Positions 51,983-62,323 are shown, counted from the stretch's first letter. The stretch: 64,000 bases of DNA from Chlamydiia bacterium (GCA_963804085.1 CAWDOQ010000002.1:224001-288000); one strand, 5' to 3'. Translations and numbers: made by a program. The notes: generated from the letters alone by a model not told the origin.

Positions 51983-52122
51983 CGCTCTCCTCAGTAGACT
52001 CCCACCTATGCGATGGGCACCCCTCCTTTGGAAAGATTCACTTTGACAAAAGCTCGCTACGCTTAAACTGGCGCGTCATCGGCCCCAAGAAAAACGAAGA
52101 GATCGACTACTTTTATGCTTAG
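51983..52122 (+). repeat. 140-bp direct repeat, copy 2
   Basis: Near-identical to 46852-46991. Confidence 0.95.
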
Positions 52123-52134
52123 TATAGGATCATT

Positions 52135-52190
52135 TATAGGGCCACTTATAGGGCCACTTATAGGGCCATTTTTAGGGCCATTTGCAGGTC
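52135..52190. repeat. 12-bp tandem repeat (tatagggccact-like, about 4 copies)
   Basis: ttatagggccacttatagggccacttatagggccatttttagggccattt. Confidence 0.85.
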
Positions 52191-52385
52191 CAAATTCTCT
52201 CAACGCAGGCGTACTTAGAATTTTATCTACCGTGCTCTCTCAATAATCTTCGTAGAGAGGCACCCATGTTGATCATCGATAAAGAGGCATTTATAGAGGC
52301 ATTAAATTAAAATTTTCGTATTGCTCGGCACCTTCTGAATATTTGATGTCCAGAAAAACTCCCTTGGCCTAAAATCCTAGAACTT

Positions 52386-53792
52386 ATGTCTAAAACGCTT
52401 ACTGTCTTTACTTTGGCGATGATCAACGTTGCGGCGGTCATCAGCGTGCGCAACCTGCCCACCATTGCGGAGTATGGCTTCTCTTCGCTCTTTTTCTTTG
52501 CACTCGCTGCGCTGCTCTTTTTTGTTCCTGTCTCTATGGTCTCTGCAGAACTGGCTACCGGTTGGCCGCATACCGGCGGGGTCTTTGCATGGGTAAAAGA
52601 GGCGTTTGGACATCGAACCGGCTTTTTGGCGATCTGGCTTCTCTGGGCAGAAAATGTGATCTACTACCCCGCTCTCTTGTCCTTCATTGCAGGGACGATC
52701 GCCTATGTCGTCAATCCTGCTCTTGCGCAGAACACTGTCTATACGATGTCTATTATTCTCGCAGTCTTTTGGGTTACGACGATTGCCAATCTATTCGGGA
52801 TGCGCACCTCTGCTTGGATCAGCACTTTTGGGGTCATCACGGGGACGATCATTCCGGGTGCACTGATCATTGGTCTGGGATTCCTCTGGTACTGTTCTGG
52901 AAATCCCCTGCAGATCTCCTTTTCTTGGGACAGCTTAATTCCTGACATGAGCTCCCCCAACCAGCTCGTTCTCTTTTCAGGAGTGCTGGTCGCTTTTTGT
53001 GGTATCGAGATGTCCGCTGTCCATGCGCGTGACGTGAAGAGTCCGCAAAAGAACTATCCCAAAGCGATTCTCCTCTCGGCTCTTTTGATTATGGGGTTGT
53101 ATGTGCTAGGCGTTTTGGCGATCGCTATTGTGATCCCACAAAAGGAGATCAGTCTGGTCGCAGGATCGCTCCAAGCCTTCTCTGTCTTTGTAAACGCATA
53201 CGGACTCAACTGGCTAACGCCGATCATAGCGATTCTGCTCGCTCTGGGAGCATTCGGCACCCTTAGCACCTGGATAGCAGGGCCGAGCAAGGGGCTTTTG
53301 GGAGCGGCTCAAAGCGGAGATCTTCCTCCCTTTTTCCGTAAGCTCAATAAGCGCGGAATGCCGGCAGCTCTTCTCATCACGCAAGGCGTGATCGTCACGT
53401 TATTCTCTTTAATCTTTTTGGTGATGCCAACGGTGAGCAGCGCCTACTGGATCTTAAACGCGATGATCGCTCAGCTCTACCTTGTGATGTACGTGCTGCT
53501 CTTTGCTGCCGCGATCAAGCTGCGCTACAAAAGGCCCGATGTCGTAAGAGCTTACAAAGTCCCCGGAGGCATTGTAGGTATGTGGTGTGTAGCAGGCCTT
53601 GGTCTTATCGGATCGATCGCGACATTCTGCATCGGCTTTTTCCCACCTGCACAGATCCAGACAGGCAATACGCTCTTCTACGTCGCCTTTCTTTTCCTTG
53701 GCATTGTTCTAGCGTGCTGGGCCCCTTCGCTGATCCTTCTCTTTAAAAAGCCGAGCTGGTCAAAAGAGCTCGGCCAAGAAAAATCCTCTTAA
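52386..53792 (+). CDS. APC-family amino acid permease (GadC-like)
   Basis: SAELATGWP..GGVFAWV, GIEMSAVHA..V..PQKNYPKAI; about 12 TMs. Confidence 0.92.
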   Translation: MSKTLTVFTLAMINVAAVISVRNLPTIAEYGFSSLFFFALAALLFFVPVSMVSAELATGWPHTGGVFAWVKEAFGHRTGFLAIWLLWAENVIYYPALLSFIAGTIAYVVNPALAQNTVYTMSIILAVFWVTTIANLFGMRTSAWISTFGVITGTIIPGALIIGLGFLWYCSGNPLQISFSWDSLIPDMSSPNQLVLFSGVLVAFCGIEMSAVHARDVKSPQKNYPKAILLSALLIMGLYVLGVLAIAIVIPQKEISLVAGSLQAFSVFVNAYGLNWLTPIIAILLALGAFGTLSTWIAGPSKGLLGAAQSGDLPPFFRKLNKRGMPAALLITQGVIVTLFSLIFLVMPTVSSAYWILNAMIAQLYLVMYVLLFAAAIKLRYKRPDVVRAYKVPGGIVGMWCVAGLGLIGSIATFCIGFFPPAQIQTGNTLFYVAFLFLGIVLACWAPSLILLFKKPSWSKELGQEKSS

Positions 53793-54724
53793 GTTCCTCT
53801 TTTCAGCAGTCGGAAGGCGACTGAGCCTATCAGGCATGCTACCGCGATAAAGATAGAAGATTTTGCTACTACGCTTTTGGGAGCTTCTGTCGAGACAGGA
53901 GGCTTTAGTCTGCGTGCAGCACGAAAAGTAAGAGCCGGCGAGGCATCCTCTGATCCATTCCAGTCAGGGTCTTTCAAGCTGCTAATGTGGACGTTGGGTT
54001 TTTGCTCTCGTACTACGGCATGGATAAATTTTTCACTGTTAAGAGCCATTCCTACGTGTCTGATTTTATCTTGTGCTGTTCCGAAAAAAATCAGGTCGCC
54101 GGATTCTATCTCATCGATTTCAACAGACTTGAACCCTTGCCAGCTAAGCTGGTCTTTGGAGTCTCTCGGAAGATTCACTCCCATCTCTTTGTAGAGCGTC
54201 TGGGTAAACCCAGAGCAATCAAATCCTAAACTAGATCTTCCTCCCCAAGCATAGGGCACTTTTAAGAAATCGTGGCTCAGTGCCACCATCTCTTTTTTGC
54301 TAAGAGGGTTGAGATCTTTTGTAATATCACCTCTTTGGATAAACACTTCTTTTCCATCTACAAGCGCGACTTTAATCCAACGCTGCCCTTGTTGTTCTTC
54401 GAGGATTTTAAGACGGCTGCCAAAAGGCAGTATGCCATAAGGACCAAACTCGGTATCTGCAACGGAATAGACATGGGCTTGCATCTGTTTTACTTTGGCG
54501 ATGGTCTCTCCTTGGAAAAAGTCCTTCTCTTGCTGAGCCAAAGCAGTGCCTTCCACCCAACCTGAATACTGATCGACTCTTGTTTGGATCTGTACCCATC
54601 TGTTGGAACGCTGCAAAATCGTGACTTCTTCGGAATAAACTGCATCAGAGACAACCTTGCTAGTTTCGTCTGCAAGCTCTCGCATAGGTGCACGTGGTAT
54701 TCGGATGTATGCAAATAGTGCCAT
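53789..54724 (-). CDS. SH3 + NlpC/P60 peptidase (dipeptidyl-peptidase VI-like) with a C-terminal hydrophobic tail
   Basis: PYAWGG.S..GFDCSGF, LPRDS, GDLIFF, HVGM. Confidence 0.9.
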   Translation of the reverse strand: MALFAYIRIPRAPMRELADETSKVVSDAVYSEEVTILQRSNRWVQIQTRVDQYSGWVEGTALAQQEKDFFQGETIAKVKQMQAHVYSVADTEFGPYGILPFGSRLKILEEQQGQRWIKVALVDGKEVFIQRGDITKDLNPLSKKEMVALSHDFLKVPYAWGGRSSLGFDCSGFTQTLYKEMGVNLPRDSKDQLSWQGFKSVEIDEIESGDLIFFGTAQDKIRHVGMALNSEKFIHAVVREQKPNVHISSLKDPDWNGSEDASPALTFRAARRLKPPVSTEAPKSVVAKSSIFIAVACLIGSVAFRLLKRGT

Positions 54725-54789
54725 ATTCTTCTCCTCCTAAAAGTTGAGAAGAAAAATCTTAGGCTTTTTATTGCAAATCTTGCAAGAAA

Positions 54790-54969
54790 TTATTTGCTGG
54801 CGACGCAGCCGCAACCGCTTTGAGAATCGCCGCTTGCACAATTACAGCCGCTTTTGCAGTTGCACCCTTTGTGTTGCTTTGCCACTTCGGTAGCTTGAGG
54901 TCCTGAGTCGCATGCAGTAAAAGCGATGCCGCTTGCGCATGTTAGAAGTAGAATTGCCATCTTTTTCAT
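54790..54969 (-). CDS. 59-aa cysteine-rich lipoprotein (not in the ORF track)
   Basis: Manual translation MKKMAILLLTCASGIAFTACDSGPQATEVAKQHKGCNCKSGCNCASGDSQSGCGCVASK; aaggag RBS; FTAC lipobox-like. Confidence 0.75.
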   Translation of the reverse strand: MKKMAILLLTCASGIAFTACDSGPQATEVAKQHKGCNCKSGCNCASGDSQSGCGCVASK

Positions 54970-54979
54970 AGATGCTCCT

Positions 54980-55822
54980 TTAATTTACACAGATGATGAT
55001 AGACAAAAACGTGATAACGACTAATGAAAAACGAAACATTTTGCGCGCCCACAGCTTGTCATTGCTACTCTTAAATCCTTGTACGCACAAGTAAAGCCAA
55101 GCTGCGCCTAGCACGAGCGCCATTGCTAAAAAGAGGTAGCCGACGTAACCAAAAAAGGTGAGCATGGCACAAGCTGCCATAAACGCTGCGATGTACAGAA
55201 CCATCTGCACTTTTGTCGCGTGCATTCCTCTTTTTATCGGTAAAACGGGAATGGATGCAGCGGCGTATTCTTCTAAGCGGTAGATGGCGATCGAGAAGAA
55301 ATGGGGCATTTGCCAAAGGACAAGCACCAGAAAGAGAAGAAACGCTCCGCCATCTAAGCGGTTGCTGACAGCGCAGTAGCCGACGACGGGCGGTACTGCC
55401 CCCGCGATGCTTCCGATGAGGGTGGCGTGGGTGGTCTTGTATTTCCAGATGGTATAGAGCACGACGTAGACAAAGAAACCACCAAGAGCGATTAAAAGCG
55501 TGAGGAGATTAGTAGAGACGGACAAGACAAGTGCACCGCCAAGTCCCAGCACTACCGCAAATACAAGTGCGCTTCTGATAGAGATCTCACCTTTGGGAAG
55601 GGCTCGATCTTTGGTGCGCTCCATCTTTTCATCGGCTACGCGGTCCAAGTAGTTATTGAAGACGCAGCCCGATGCCATAACGCAAGCAAGACCTAGCAGC
55701 GTTGCAAAAAGAAGCCAGGGGTTGATATCGCCTTTTGAGACGAGAAAAAACCCGCCGATTGCCGTGATTATGTTGCCGATTAAGATGCCGGGCTTTGTGA
55801 GGAGGTAGTAAGCTTTAACCAT
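54980..55822 (-). CDS. cyoE: Heme o synthase (protoheme IX farnesyltransferase)
   Basis: LTKPGI, NNYLDR..D..MERTK.R, WQMPHF. Confidence 0.96.
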   Translation of the reverse strand: MVKAYYLLTKPGILIGNIITAIGGFFLVSKGDINPWLLFATLLGLACVMASGCVFNNYLDRVADEKMERTKDRALPKGEISIRSALVFAVVLGLGGALVLSVSTNLLTLLIALGGFFVYVVLYTIWKYKTTHATLIGSIAGAVPPVVGYCAVSNRLDGGAFLLFLVLVLWQMPHFFSIAIYRLEEYAAASIPVLPIKRGMHATKVQMVLYIAAFMAACAMLTFFGYVGYLFLAMALVLGAAWLYLCVQGFKSSNDKLWARKMFRFSLVVITFLSIIICVN

Positions 55823-56138
55823 GGTCCATCAGGTTGTAGTTTAAGTGGTACATAATCCAGAGCGATCCAAAGACTATAAGAATGGTCACCATGACCATGA
55901 AAAGAAGAACGATCAGATTCCAGCGCGGCTTGTGATCGTTGCGCAAGTTGATGAACAGGAGTAGAAGCGCCCAGGCTTGCAGAAGAGCCAAGCTTGCAAC
56001 AGTAGTGTCTAAAACCCAGCCGGAAAGGAGTTTTTTCACCACTAAAAGATAGGCAAGCAGGGTTAAAACTAAAGAGAATGCGCATCCCATGAGATAGGAC
56101 TTAAGACTGGTCTGTACCAGCTGGCTCTCTTTTTTCAT
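55815..56138 (-). CDS. cyoD: Cytochrome bo3 ubiquinol oxidase subunit IV
   Basis: SYLMG..FSLVLT, GSLWIM..LN; operon position. Confidence 0.9.
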   Translation of the reverse strand: MKKESQLVQTSLKSYLMGCAFSLVLTLLAYLLVVKKLLSGWVLDTTVASLALLQAWALLLLFINLRNDHKPRWNLIVLLFMVMVTILIVFGSLWIMYHLNYNLMDHG

Positions 56139-56707
56139 GCTGCCCCCATCAAATACACAAACGTGAACATAAAGACCCAAACGAGATAAGAGAAAAACCA
56201 GAACATTCCCAAGCAGGTCATCCTTCTGATCGTCACTTCAATAACACCACAGCGCCAGATCTGTCCTCCAAATAGAATTATAAACAGAAGGCCAAACGCA
56301 ACGTGCAGCCAGTGTGTACCGACCAGTGTGAAGTAGGAGGATAAAAAGCCGCTCTTTGTCCAGGTATAACCTGCATCTATAAGAGCTGTGGCCTCTTTTG
56401 CTACTTGTGTCAAAAAGACAAGTCCTAACACGAAGGTGGCTCCCAGCCAGGCTAAAATCTTCTTCTTCTCTTGCCTGCCGAGCGCCACCATAGCCATGCC
56501 AAAAGTGAAGCAGCTAGCGAGCAGGACCAACGTGTCGATGAGTGCAAAATGTACGTCAAAGAGCTCGCGCGCGCTATCGTTTCTAAGCACCGCGTATGCG
56601 GCAAAGAGTGTGGCAAAGAGGATAAAATCGGTCATCAGATAGACCCAAAACCCAAAGATCGTATTAGAAGAGATATCGTGGTGTCCGTGGGCGCTAGACT
56701 CTTTCAT
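56135..56707 (-). CDS. cyoC: Cytochrome bo3 oxidase subunit III
   Basis: FGFWVYLMTD, FLSSYFTLVGTH..HV. Confidence 0.93.
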   Translation of the reverse strand: MKESSAHGHHDISSNTIFGFWVYLMTDFILFATLFAAYAVLRNDSARELFDVHFALIDTLVLLASCFTFGMAMVALGRQEKKKILAWLGATFVLGLVFLTQVAKEATALIDAGYTWTKSGFLSSYFTLVGTHWLHVAFGLLFIILFGGQIWRCGVIEVTIRRMTCLGMFWFFSYLVWVFMFTFVYLMGAA

Positions 56708-58664
56708 GTTTTGCCTCGATTTCTTGGATTTTGCTCGCGGGGATAACCATCTCTGTCTCTTTTACGCATAGGCGCGCAACGAGACAGGCGAGCATGCCCA
56801 GAAAGCTTACGATGGCGAGCCAGTGAATGTGCCAGATGAGTCCAAACCCAAACATAAAACTTAGCACGCCGATGTACACGCCCAAGGGGCTGTTTTTAGG
56901 CATGTGGATGTCTTCATAGTGGCGCGCGTGGTGGGTTCTTTCGTGTTTCATCTTCCAAAAAGGATCCCTTGCATGCACCTCGGGAATGACTGCAAAATTA
57001 TAAAAAGGCGGAGGAGATGCAATCGACCATTCTAGCGTCCTGCCATTCCATGGATCGCCTGTGGTGTCGAGGTTTTGCTTGCGCTGCTTGATGCTGTAAT
57101 AGATTTGTAACACCTGCAAGCCGATGCCAATGCAAATGACAACCGCACCTGCTGCAGCCACCATAAAAAGAGGAGCCCAACCGGTGGATGCTTCGTAGTG
57201 GTCCAAGCGCCGTGTCGCGCCCATAAGCCCCAAAATGTAAAGCGGCAGGAAGGCGAGTAGAAAACCCAAAATCCAGGCAAAACAGGCCCACTCACCGAGC
57301 TTTTCGTGCAGCTTAAAACCGAAAATTTTAGGAAACCAGTAGGTGAAGCCGGCAAAAATGCCGAATAGGACACCGCCAATGATCACAGAGTGGAAGTGGG
57401 CGATCAAAAAGAGGCTGTTGTGCACTTGAAAGTCGACCGGCGCAATAGACATCAGCACACCATCCATACCGCCGATAGTAAAGACGATCACAAAACCTAT
57501 GAACCAGAGCATGGGAGTTGTAAAGAAGACCCTTCCTTTATACATCGTAAAAAGCCAGTTGAAGACTTTTACGCCGGTAGGAACTGAGATGATCATCGTC
57601 ATAAAGCCAAAAAATGCATTGACGTTGGCTCCTGCTCCCATCGTAAAGAAGTGGTGGAGCCAAACGATGAAGGCAAGAAAGGTGATCGCAATAATTGCCC
57701 ACACCATCGAGACGTAGCCAAATAGACGCTTATGCGAAAAGGTGGCCACCACTTCGGAAAAAATGCCGAATGCGGGCAATACAAGAATGTAGACCTCGGG
57801 GTGTCCCCACGCCCAGATCAGGTTGACATACATCATCGGATTACCACCAAAATCTGGCGTAAAAAAGTGCGTGCCAAAGAGCCGATCTAACGACAGCATG
57901 CCCCCTGTCGCGGTCAAGATAGGGAATGCTAAAACAATCAAAACAAGCGTCGCAAGCGTAGCCCAGATGAACTGCGGCATCTTCATCAATGTCATTCCCG
58001 GACAGCGCATTTTGAGGATCGTGACCAAAAAGTTAACTCCCGAAAGAAGCGTCCCCGCTCCAGAAATCTGGATGGTCCATAACCAATAATCGACCCCCAC
58101 ATCGGGACTGTATTTAATACCTGAAAGAGGCGGATAGGCGACCCATCCCGCTTGAGAAAAGTTGCCCACAACCAAGGAGACCAATAAGAGCATGGCTCCA
58201 GAAGCAAAGAGCCAGAAGCTGAGTGAATTAAGAAAAGGGAAGGCCACATCGCGCGCACCAATTTGGAGAGGCACAAGAAAGTTGATGAGCGCAAATATCA
58301 GCCCCATCGCAACAAAAAAGATCATCGTAGTGCCGTGTGCAGTAAAGAGCTGCTGGTAATGGTCTGTGCCCAGATAGCCATAGAAGTCGCCGACAGACAG
58401 GATCTGATGTATACGCATCATCACCGCATCCACCACTCCTTTAAATAACATGGCAGCCGAGACTATGAGATACATCACGCCGATTTTTTTGTGATCGAGT
58501 GTGGTGATCCATTCGTGCCAAAGCCATTTCCACTTTTTAAAATAGGATAGATAGATAACGATAGCAATCGTGGCAAAAAGCATCCCAATGCCCACACTAT
58601 TTTCGATCGCATCATGCTTGAAAGCATCCATGGTCAGTCTGCCAAATAGATCACTCAGTTGCAT
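56694..58664 (-). CDS. cyoB: Cytochrome bo3 oxidase subunit I
   Basis: DHKKIG, WAWGHPEVY, WLHHFFTMG, AHFH. Confidence 0.97.
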   Translation of the reverse strand: MQLSDLFGRLTMDAFKHDAIENSVGIGMLFATIAIVIYLSYFKKWKWLWHEWITTLDHKKIGVMYLIVSAAMLFKGVVDAVMMRIHQILSVGDFYGYLGTDHYQQLFTAHGTTMIFFVAMGLIFALINFLVPLQIGARDVAFPFLNSLSFWLFASGAMLLLVSLVVGNFSQAGWVAYPPLSGIKYSPDVGVDYWLWTIQISGAGTLLSGVNFLVTILKMRCPGMTLMKMPQFIWATLATLVLIVLAFPILTATGGMLSLDRLFGTHFFTPDFGGNPMMYVNLIWAWGHPEVYILVLPAFGIFSEVVATFSHKRLFGYVSMVWAIIAITFLAFIVWLHHFFTMGAGANVNAFFGFMTMIISVPTGVKVFNWLFTMYKGRVFFTTPMLWFIGFVIVFTIGGMDGVLMSIAPVDFQVHNSLFLIAHFHSVIIGGVLFGIFAGFTYWFPKIFGFKLHEKLGEWACFAWILGFLLAFLPLYILGLMGATRRLDHYEASTGWAPLFMVAAAGAVVICIGIGLQVLQIYYSIKQRKQNLDTTGDPWNGRTLEWSIASPPPFYNFAVIPEVHARDPFWKMKHERTHHARHYEDIHMPKNSPLGVYIGVLSFMFGFGLIWHIHWLAIVSFLGMLACLVARLCVKETEMVIPASKIQEIEAKHERV

Positions 58665-59523
58665 GCTCCATCCCCATGTATTTATTTATGATTCGCTCAA
58701 AAAGATCTTCGACACCTAAACGATAAAACGATTCTGGATGATAGCTCGTCGGCTCTACCAGATGCTCATACCCACTCATATCAAGCTTGACTGATGACTC
58801 TTTGACAGCTCTTACCCATGCATTAAAATCCTCTTGCGAGCTGGACTTTGCGATAAACTTCATCCCCGAAAATCCTTCACCGCTGATATTGGCAGAAGAG
58901 CCCCTAAAACTATCGGACACATCTGCAATGAGATGTAGCTGCGACTTCATCCCTGCCATCGCATAGATCTGCCCCCCCAGCTGCGGGATCCAAAAAGAGT
59001 TCATCGGCGCATCTGCCGTAATCTCAAAATGAATCGGCACCTTTTCAGGAAACTGCACGAAATTCACCGTCGCAATCTTCTCTTTGGGATAGATGAAGAG
59101 CCATTTCCAATCGAGTGCGACCACTTGTATCGTCATCTTCTCATTGTGGCTCTCGATCGGTTTAAACGGATCTAGCTCGTGACACCCCTTCCAGTTATAG
59201 ATTCCAAGCACCACGATAATCACGCAAGGAATCGCCCACCAGGTCGTCTCGGCAAGCATGCTAAAATCCCAGTCGGGACGGTACTCAGCTTTTTTGTTGC
59301 TCGCTCGGTATTTCCAAGCGATGACAAAAGTCATGATGAACACAGGGATCACGACGATCAGCATGAGACCTGTCGCTATTGCAAGCAGCGTCCGCTGCTT
59401 CTCTGCGATCATTCCCTTGGGATTTAAAACAGCGATGTCATGGCTGAATAGAAAATAGATCGCCCAGCCGCCTACTCCTGCAAAGATGATCGCCAAAATG
59501 GCAAGTTTTGTTCTGTCAGACAT
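58651..59523 (-). CDS. cyoA: Cytochrome bo3 oxidase subunit II
   Basis: DWKWLFIYP, MNSFWIPQLGGQIYAM, SANISG.GF; no CuA cysteines. Confidence 0.95.
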   Translation of the reverse strand: MSDRTKLAILAIIFAGVGGWAIYFLFSHDIAVLNPKGMIAEKQRTLLAIATGLMLIVVIPVFIMTFVIAWKYRASNKKAEYRPDWDFSMLAETTWWAIPCVIIVVLGIYNWKGCHELDPFKPIESHNEKMTIQVVALDWKWLFIYPKEKIATVNFVQFPEKVPIHFEITADAPMNSFWIPQLGGQIYAMAGMKSQLHLIADVSDSFRGSSANISGEGFSGMKFIAKSSSQEDFNAWVRAVKESSVKLDMSGYEHLVEPTSYHPESFYRLGVEDLFERIINKYMGMEHATE

Positions 59524-59595
59524 ATTTAGTTTTTCTTTTAACCGAAGCGATATCTGATGTCTAGTGTGGAGTTGTTACACAATTCTTTTTCTTGA

Positions 59596-59680
59596 CGTGC
59601 CTGTGCCTCTGCCCGTGCCTTTGCCTGATCTTTCTTTTCTCTTCTAATCCGGATCAGGCACGAGCACAGGCAGAGGCACG
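59596..59680. repeat. Imperfect palindrome built from 6-mer tgcc/ggca repeats
   Basis: cgtgcctgtgcctctgcccgtgcctttgcctgatc ... gatcaggcacgagcacaggcagaggcacg. Confidence 0.8.
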
Positions 59681-59786
59681 ATATAAGAGGGAATTGTTCA
59701 ACAAAACTTCTTGTTCCGAAAAGTTTTGCATTTTTCTTATCACATAAGTAGACTTCAATCTTTTGCTAACAATGGAGGATTTGTAA

Positions 59787-60518
59787 ATGAAAACATTATG
59801 TACACTAATTGCAATGGTAACTTGCTTGAGCTACGGCTACTCGCAAGATTTTATGACAGAAATCGACCAGAGAGCGGAACAGATCGAAGTAAGCAGCTGG
59901 TCAAGCGACCAAGATGAAGCGGAGCTTCTTTTAGAGTTCTATTCAGCCGAAATTGCTAAATGCGACAGCGATATGCTCGCTAAATACCCAGAACTCGTTT
60001 TCCGAAGAGCAGTCGCTTGGAGCAACACGATAGAGCTAGACGATAATTCTATGACAGACGGTCTAGAACAACTCGGTTTAGTCCAACAAGAGTACACCTT
60101 TGTGCTCAACAACGCAGAACAAGGATCGCGCCTCTACGACGCATGTGCTTTTCAATCGAGCCTCGTTGGTCAGGTTGTGCAATCCAATCCTAGCAGTGTA
60201 GAAGATCTCATTTCTACAGTCTCCCAGTTCCTCGACAACACTCTAAGACAGTGGGCCCCCAACTCTATGGCCTCCGGTACAGAGCTGCGCCAAGAGGTAC
60301 TCGCAAACTTAAACAACGATCCCGATCTGATGAGCTCATTCTGCGATTTCGTGCTTAGATCAGAAGATGATCCTCGTATCTCTTTAGGCTACATCCAACC
60401 GATCCAAGTAGTAGTTACTGGACTCTCCGATGACGTAGGTCCTACAACGCTTGATTACGAGATCACCTATACCACCGACAACGGTAACGGATCTGTCTCA
60501 ATCGAAGGCGGACTTTAA
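59787..60518 (+). CDS. Acidic secreted hypothetical protein
   Basis: ggagg RBS; signal peptide MKTLCTLIAMVTCLSYGYS. Confidence 0.75.
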   Translation: MKTLCTLIAMVTCLSYGYSQDFMTEIDQRAEQIEVSSWSSDQDEAELLLEFYSAEIAKCDSDMLAKYPELVFRRAVAWSNTIELDDNSMTDGLEQLGLVQQEYTFVLNNAEQGSRLYDACAFQSSLVGQVVQSNPSSVEDLISTVSQFLDNTLRQWAPNSMASGTELRQEVLANLNNDPDLMSSFCDFVLRSEDDPRISLGYIQPIQVVVTGLSDDVGPTTLDYEITYTTDNGNGSVSIEGGL

Positions 60519-60567
60519 ACTGTTCCCTTTGCGTCTTTTAAGTTTTCATCTTAAAAGAGATCAAAGC

Positions 60568-60598
60568 AAAAACACCTGCCATGGCAGGTGTTTTTTTC
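60568..60598 (+). terminator. Rho-independent terminator
   Basis: aaaaacacctgcc-at-ggcaggtgttttttt. Confidence 0.8.
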
Positions 60599-60902
60599 TT
60601 TTAGAAGCAATACAAAAGAGGACTTAAGATTTTTGAACCGCGAAAGCGGTGCTTAGCTCCGAAGCGTTGCGGCAAGGAACCGCTTACGTAGCTTTTTACT
60701 AGTTTGGTTACGATTGTTCCGCCGTATTCTTAACCGCGAAGCGGCGATTTGCGGCGTAAGCGGCTACAGGTTCTAGGCGTGTGTCACGAAGAAACCCTAT
60801 GAACGATAAGCCAAATTCCAAGCCATGCAAGTGAGGAGATTTTTCTCTTTCGCCACTTGCGTGGCTCTATTTTGGAGAGATGCACGCTGGTTCTCTTGTT
60901 TC

Positions 60903-61700
60903 TCAAACCAGTGACTGTTCTCTTCGGGAGTGTGTGGCATTCCATCGGCCCAGTACAATCCCCAATTGATTGAACCCGTTTAATGTCGCCGCCCACAAAA
61001 GGCAAATCTCAGATTGCCTTGCAAGCTCGGATGCAATTGCAACCTTTTCTTGTTCGATAAAGCGCGGAACAGAAAATGTACGCGATTTTGCTATCTCGTT
61101 AAATTGCACAAGCCGCACAGCATTGGAGGCGGCTTCCGCCTTCTGCTTTTTATGCAGCTCGGCTAAAGATGCGCTAGGATGCGTTTCTGGATTTAAGGAC
61201 TTCTCGGTGATGATCGCACGAAAGCGAAGTGAAACAGCTTCACACGCAATACTCTTCTCCATGATTTTTAAAAGATTGGGGAGTGGATCCCTTGCTGCTG
61301 CCACTTTTTCTTCTGTAGTGAAAAATGCGTCATATGCTTCTATCGCAATGGCCAAAAGATCCGAATAATAGATTTCCAGCACAAGGATCTGCGCCCGAAT
61401 AAAGGAAGAGTGCTAATAGCCCTCTCATCCATTTTTCTCGGAGGGCAGGAACAGTTTCTTCTTCGATAGATATTTTTAGACCTACCATCCTGTTCCAATA
61501 TCTTGCATAGGTGACTTTGCGGTTATCTTCTATCCTCTCCGCAGCCGTAACGCGTCTATCTAGCGACTCTGCCGCATCTGCGAGTTCTTTCCAGGCCTGT
61601 TCAAAATCTGTCTCGCAGGATAGACAGTTACGCGCATCTTGACCAGGACAACTACACTTTGCGCAAGGCTTAAGTGTGAACAGACGCGCGCCTGCAATTC
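60903..61700 (-). pseudogene. Broken hypothetical gene (two overlapping frames)
   Basis: ORFs 61330-61818 and 60903-61382 overlap; no recognisable family. Confidence 0.35.
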
Positions 61701-61707
61701 TGAATTG

Positions 61708-62213
61708 CGTATGATTACGAACAGCCGATTTGCTAGCGGCATAAGCTGCAGCTCCTGGAATTCCCACCAATCCGGATCGTGAGGAGATGTTGATAATGGA
61801 ACCTTTTCCTTGTTTCATAACTTGTACAGCCTTTTGACACCAAGAAAAACGCCATCCGAATTGACAGCATGTACTTTTCTCCAGCTTTCAAGAGAGGCGT
61901 GCTAAGGATCCTGCAAACCAAAGCCTTTTCGAAACTCGGTAATGCCCGTATTATTCACAAAAATATCAAGCTCTTTTTGTTCTTCATGGATTACTTTAAT
62001 TGCTTGCTCCCAATCCTTTTCAATCTGCACATCTAGATGTAGATATCGCGCTTTAGATCCTATATTTTTTACAGTATCTTTTCCCAATTGGTCGTTGATG
62101 TCCGAAAGAAAAACATACGCCCCTTCCTAGACAAATAACTCAGCACACGCTTTTCCAATACCTTGGGCTCCTCCAGTTATAAGAGCCGTTTTACTTGTAA
62201 GTCTTCCCGCCAT
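61708..62213 (-). pseudogene. SDR oxidoreductase pseudogene
   Basis: MAGRL..KTALITGGAQGIGKA, in-frame stops, VNNTGI, INISS, YAASK, then truncated. Confidence 0.9.
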
Positions 62214-62323
62214 ATTCTCCTCCAAATGATGAAGAACAAATACCGGCACATTTGCTTTTGGCAACTCTTTTTTGCAAGCTTGGCTTCACCTTTGTTGCTG
62301 TTTGTTGTACGATGGTGTAATCC

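Noticed and set aside
46852-52122. Diversity-generating retroelement TR/VR pair
   Set aside because: The mismatches are not confined to adenines of one copy, and no reverse transcriptase is present.
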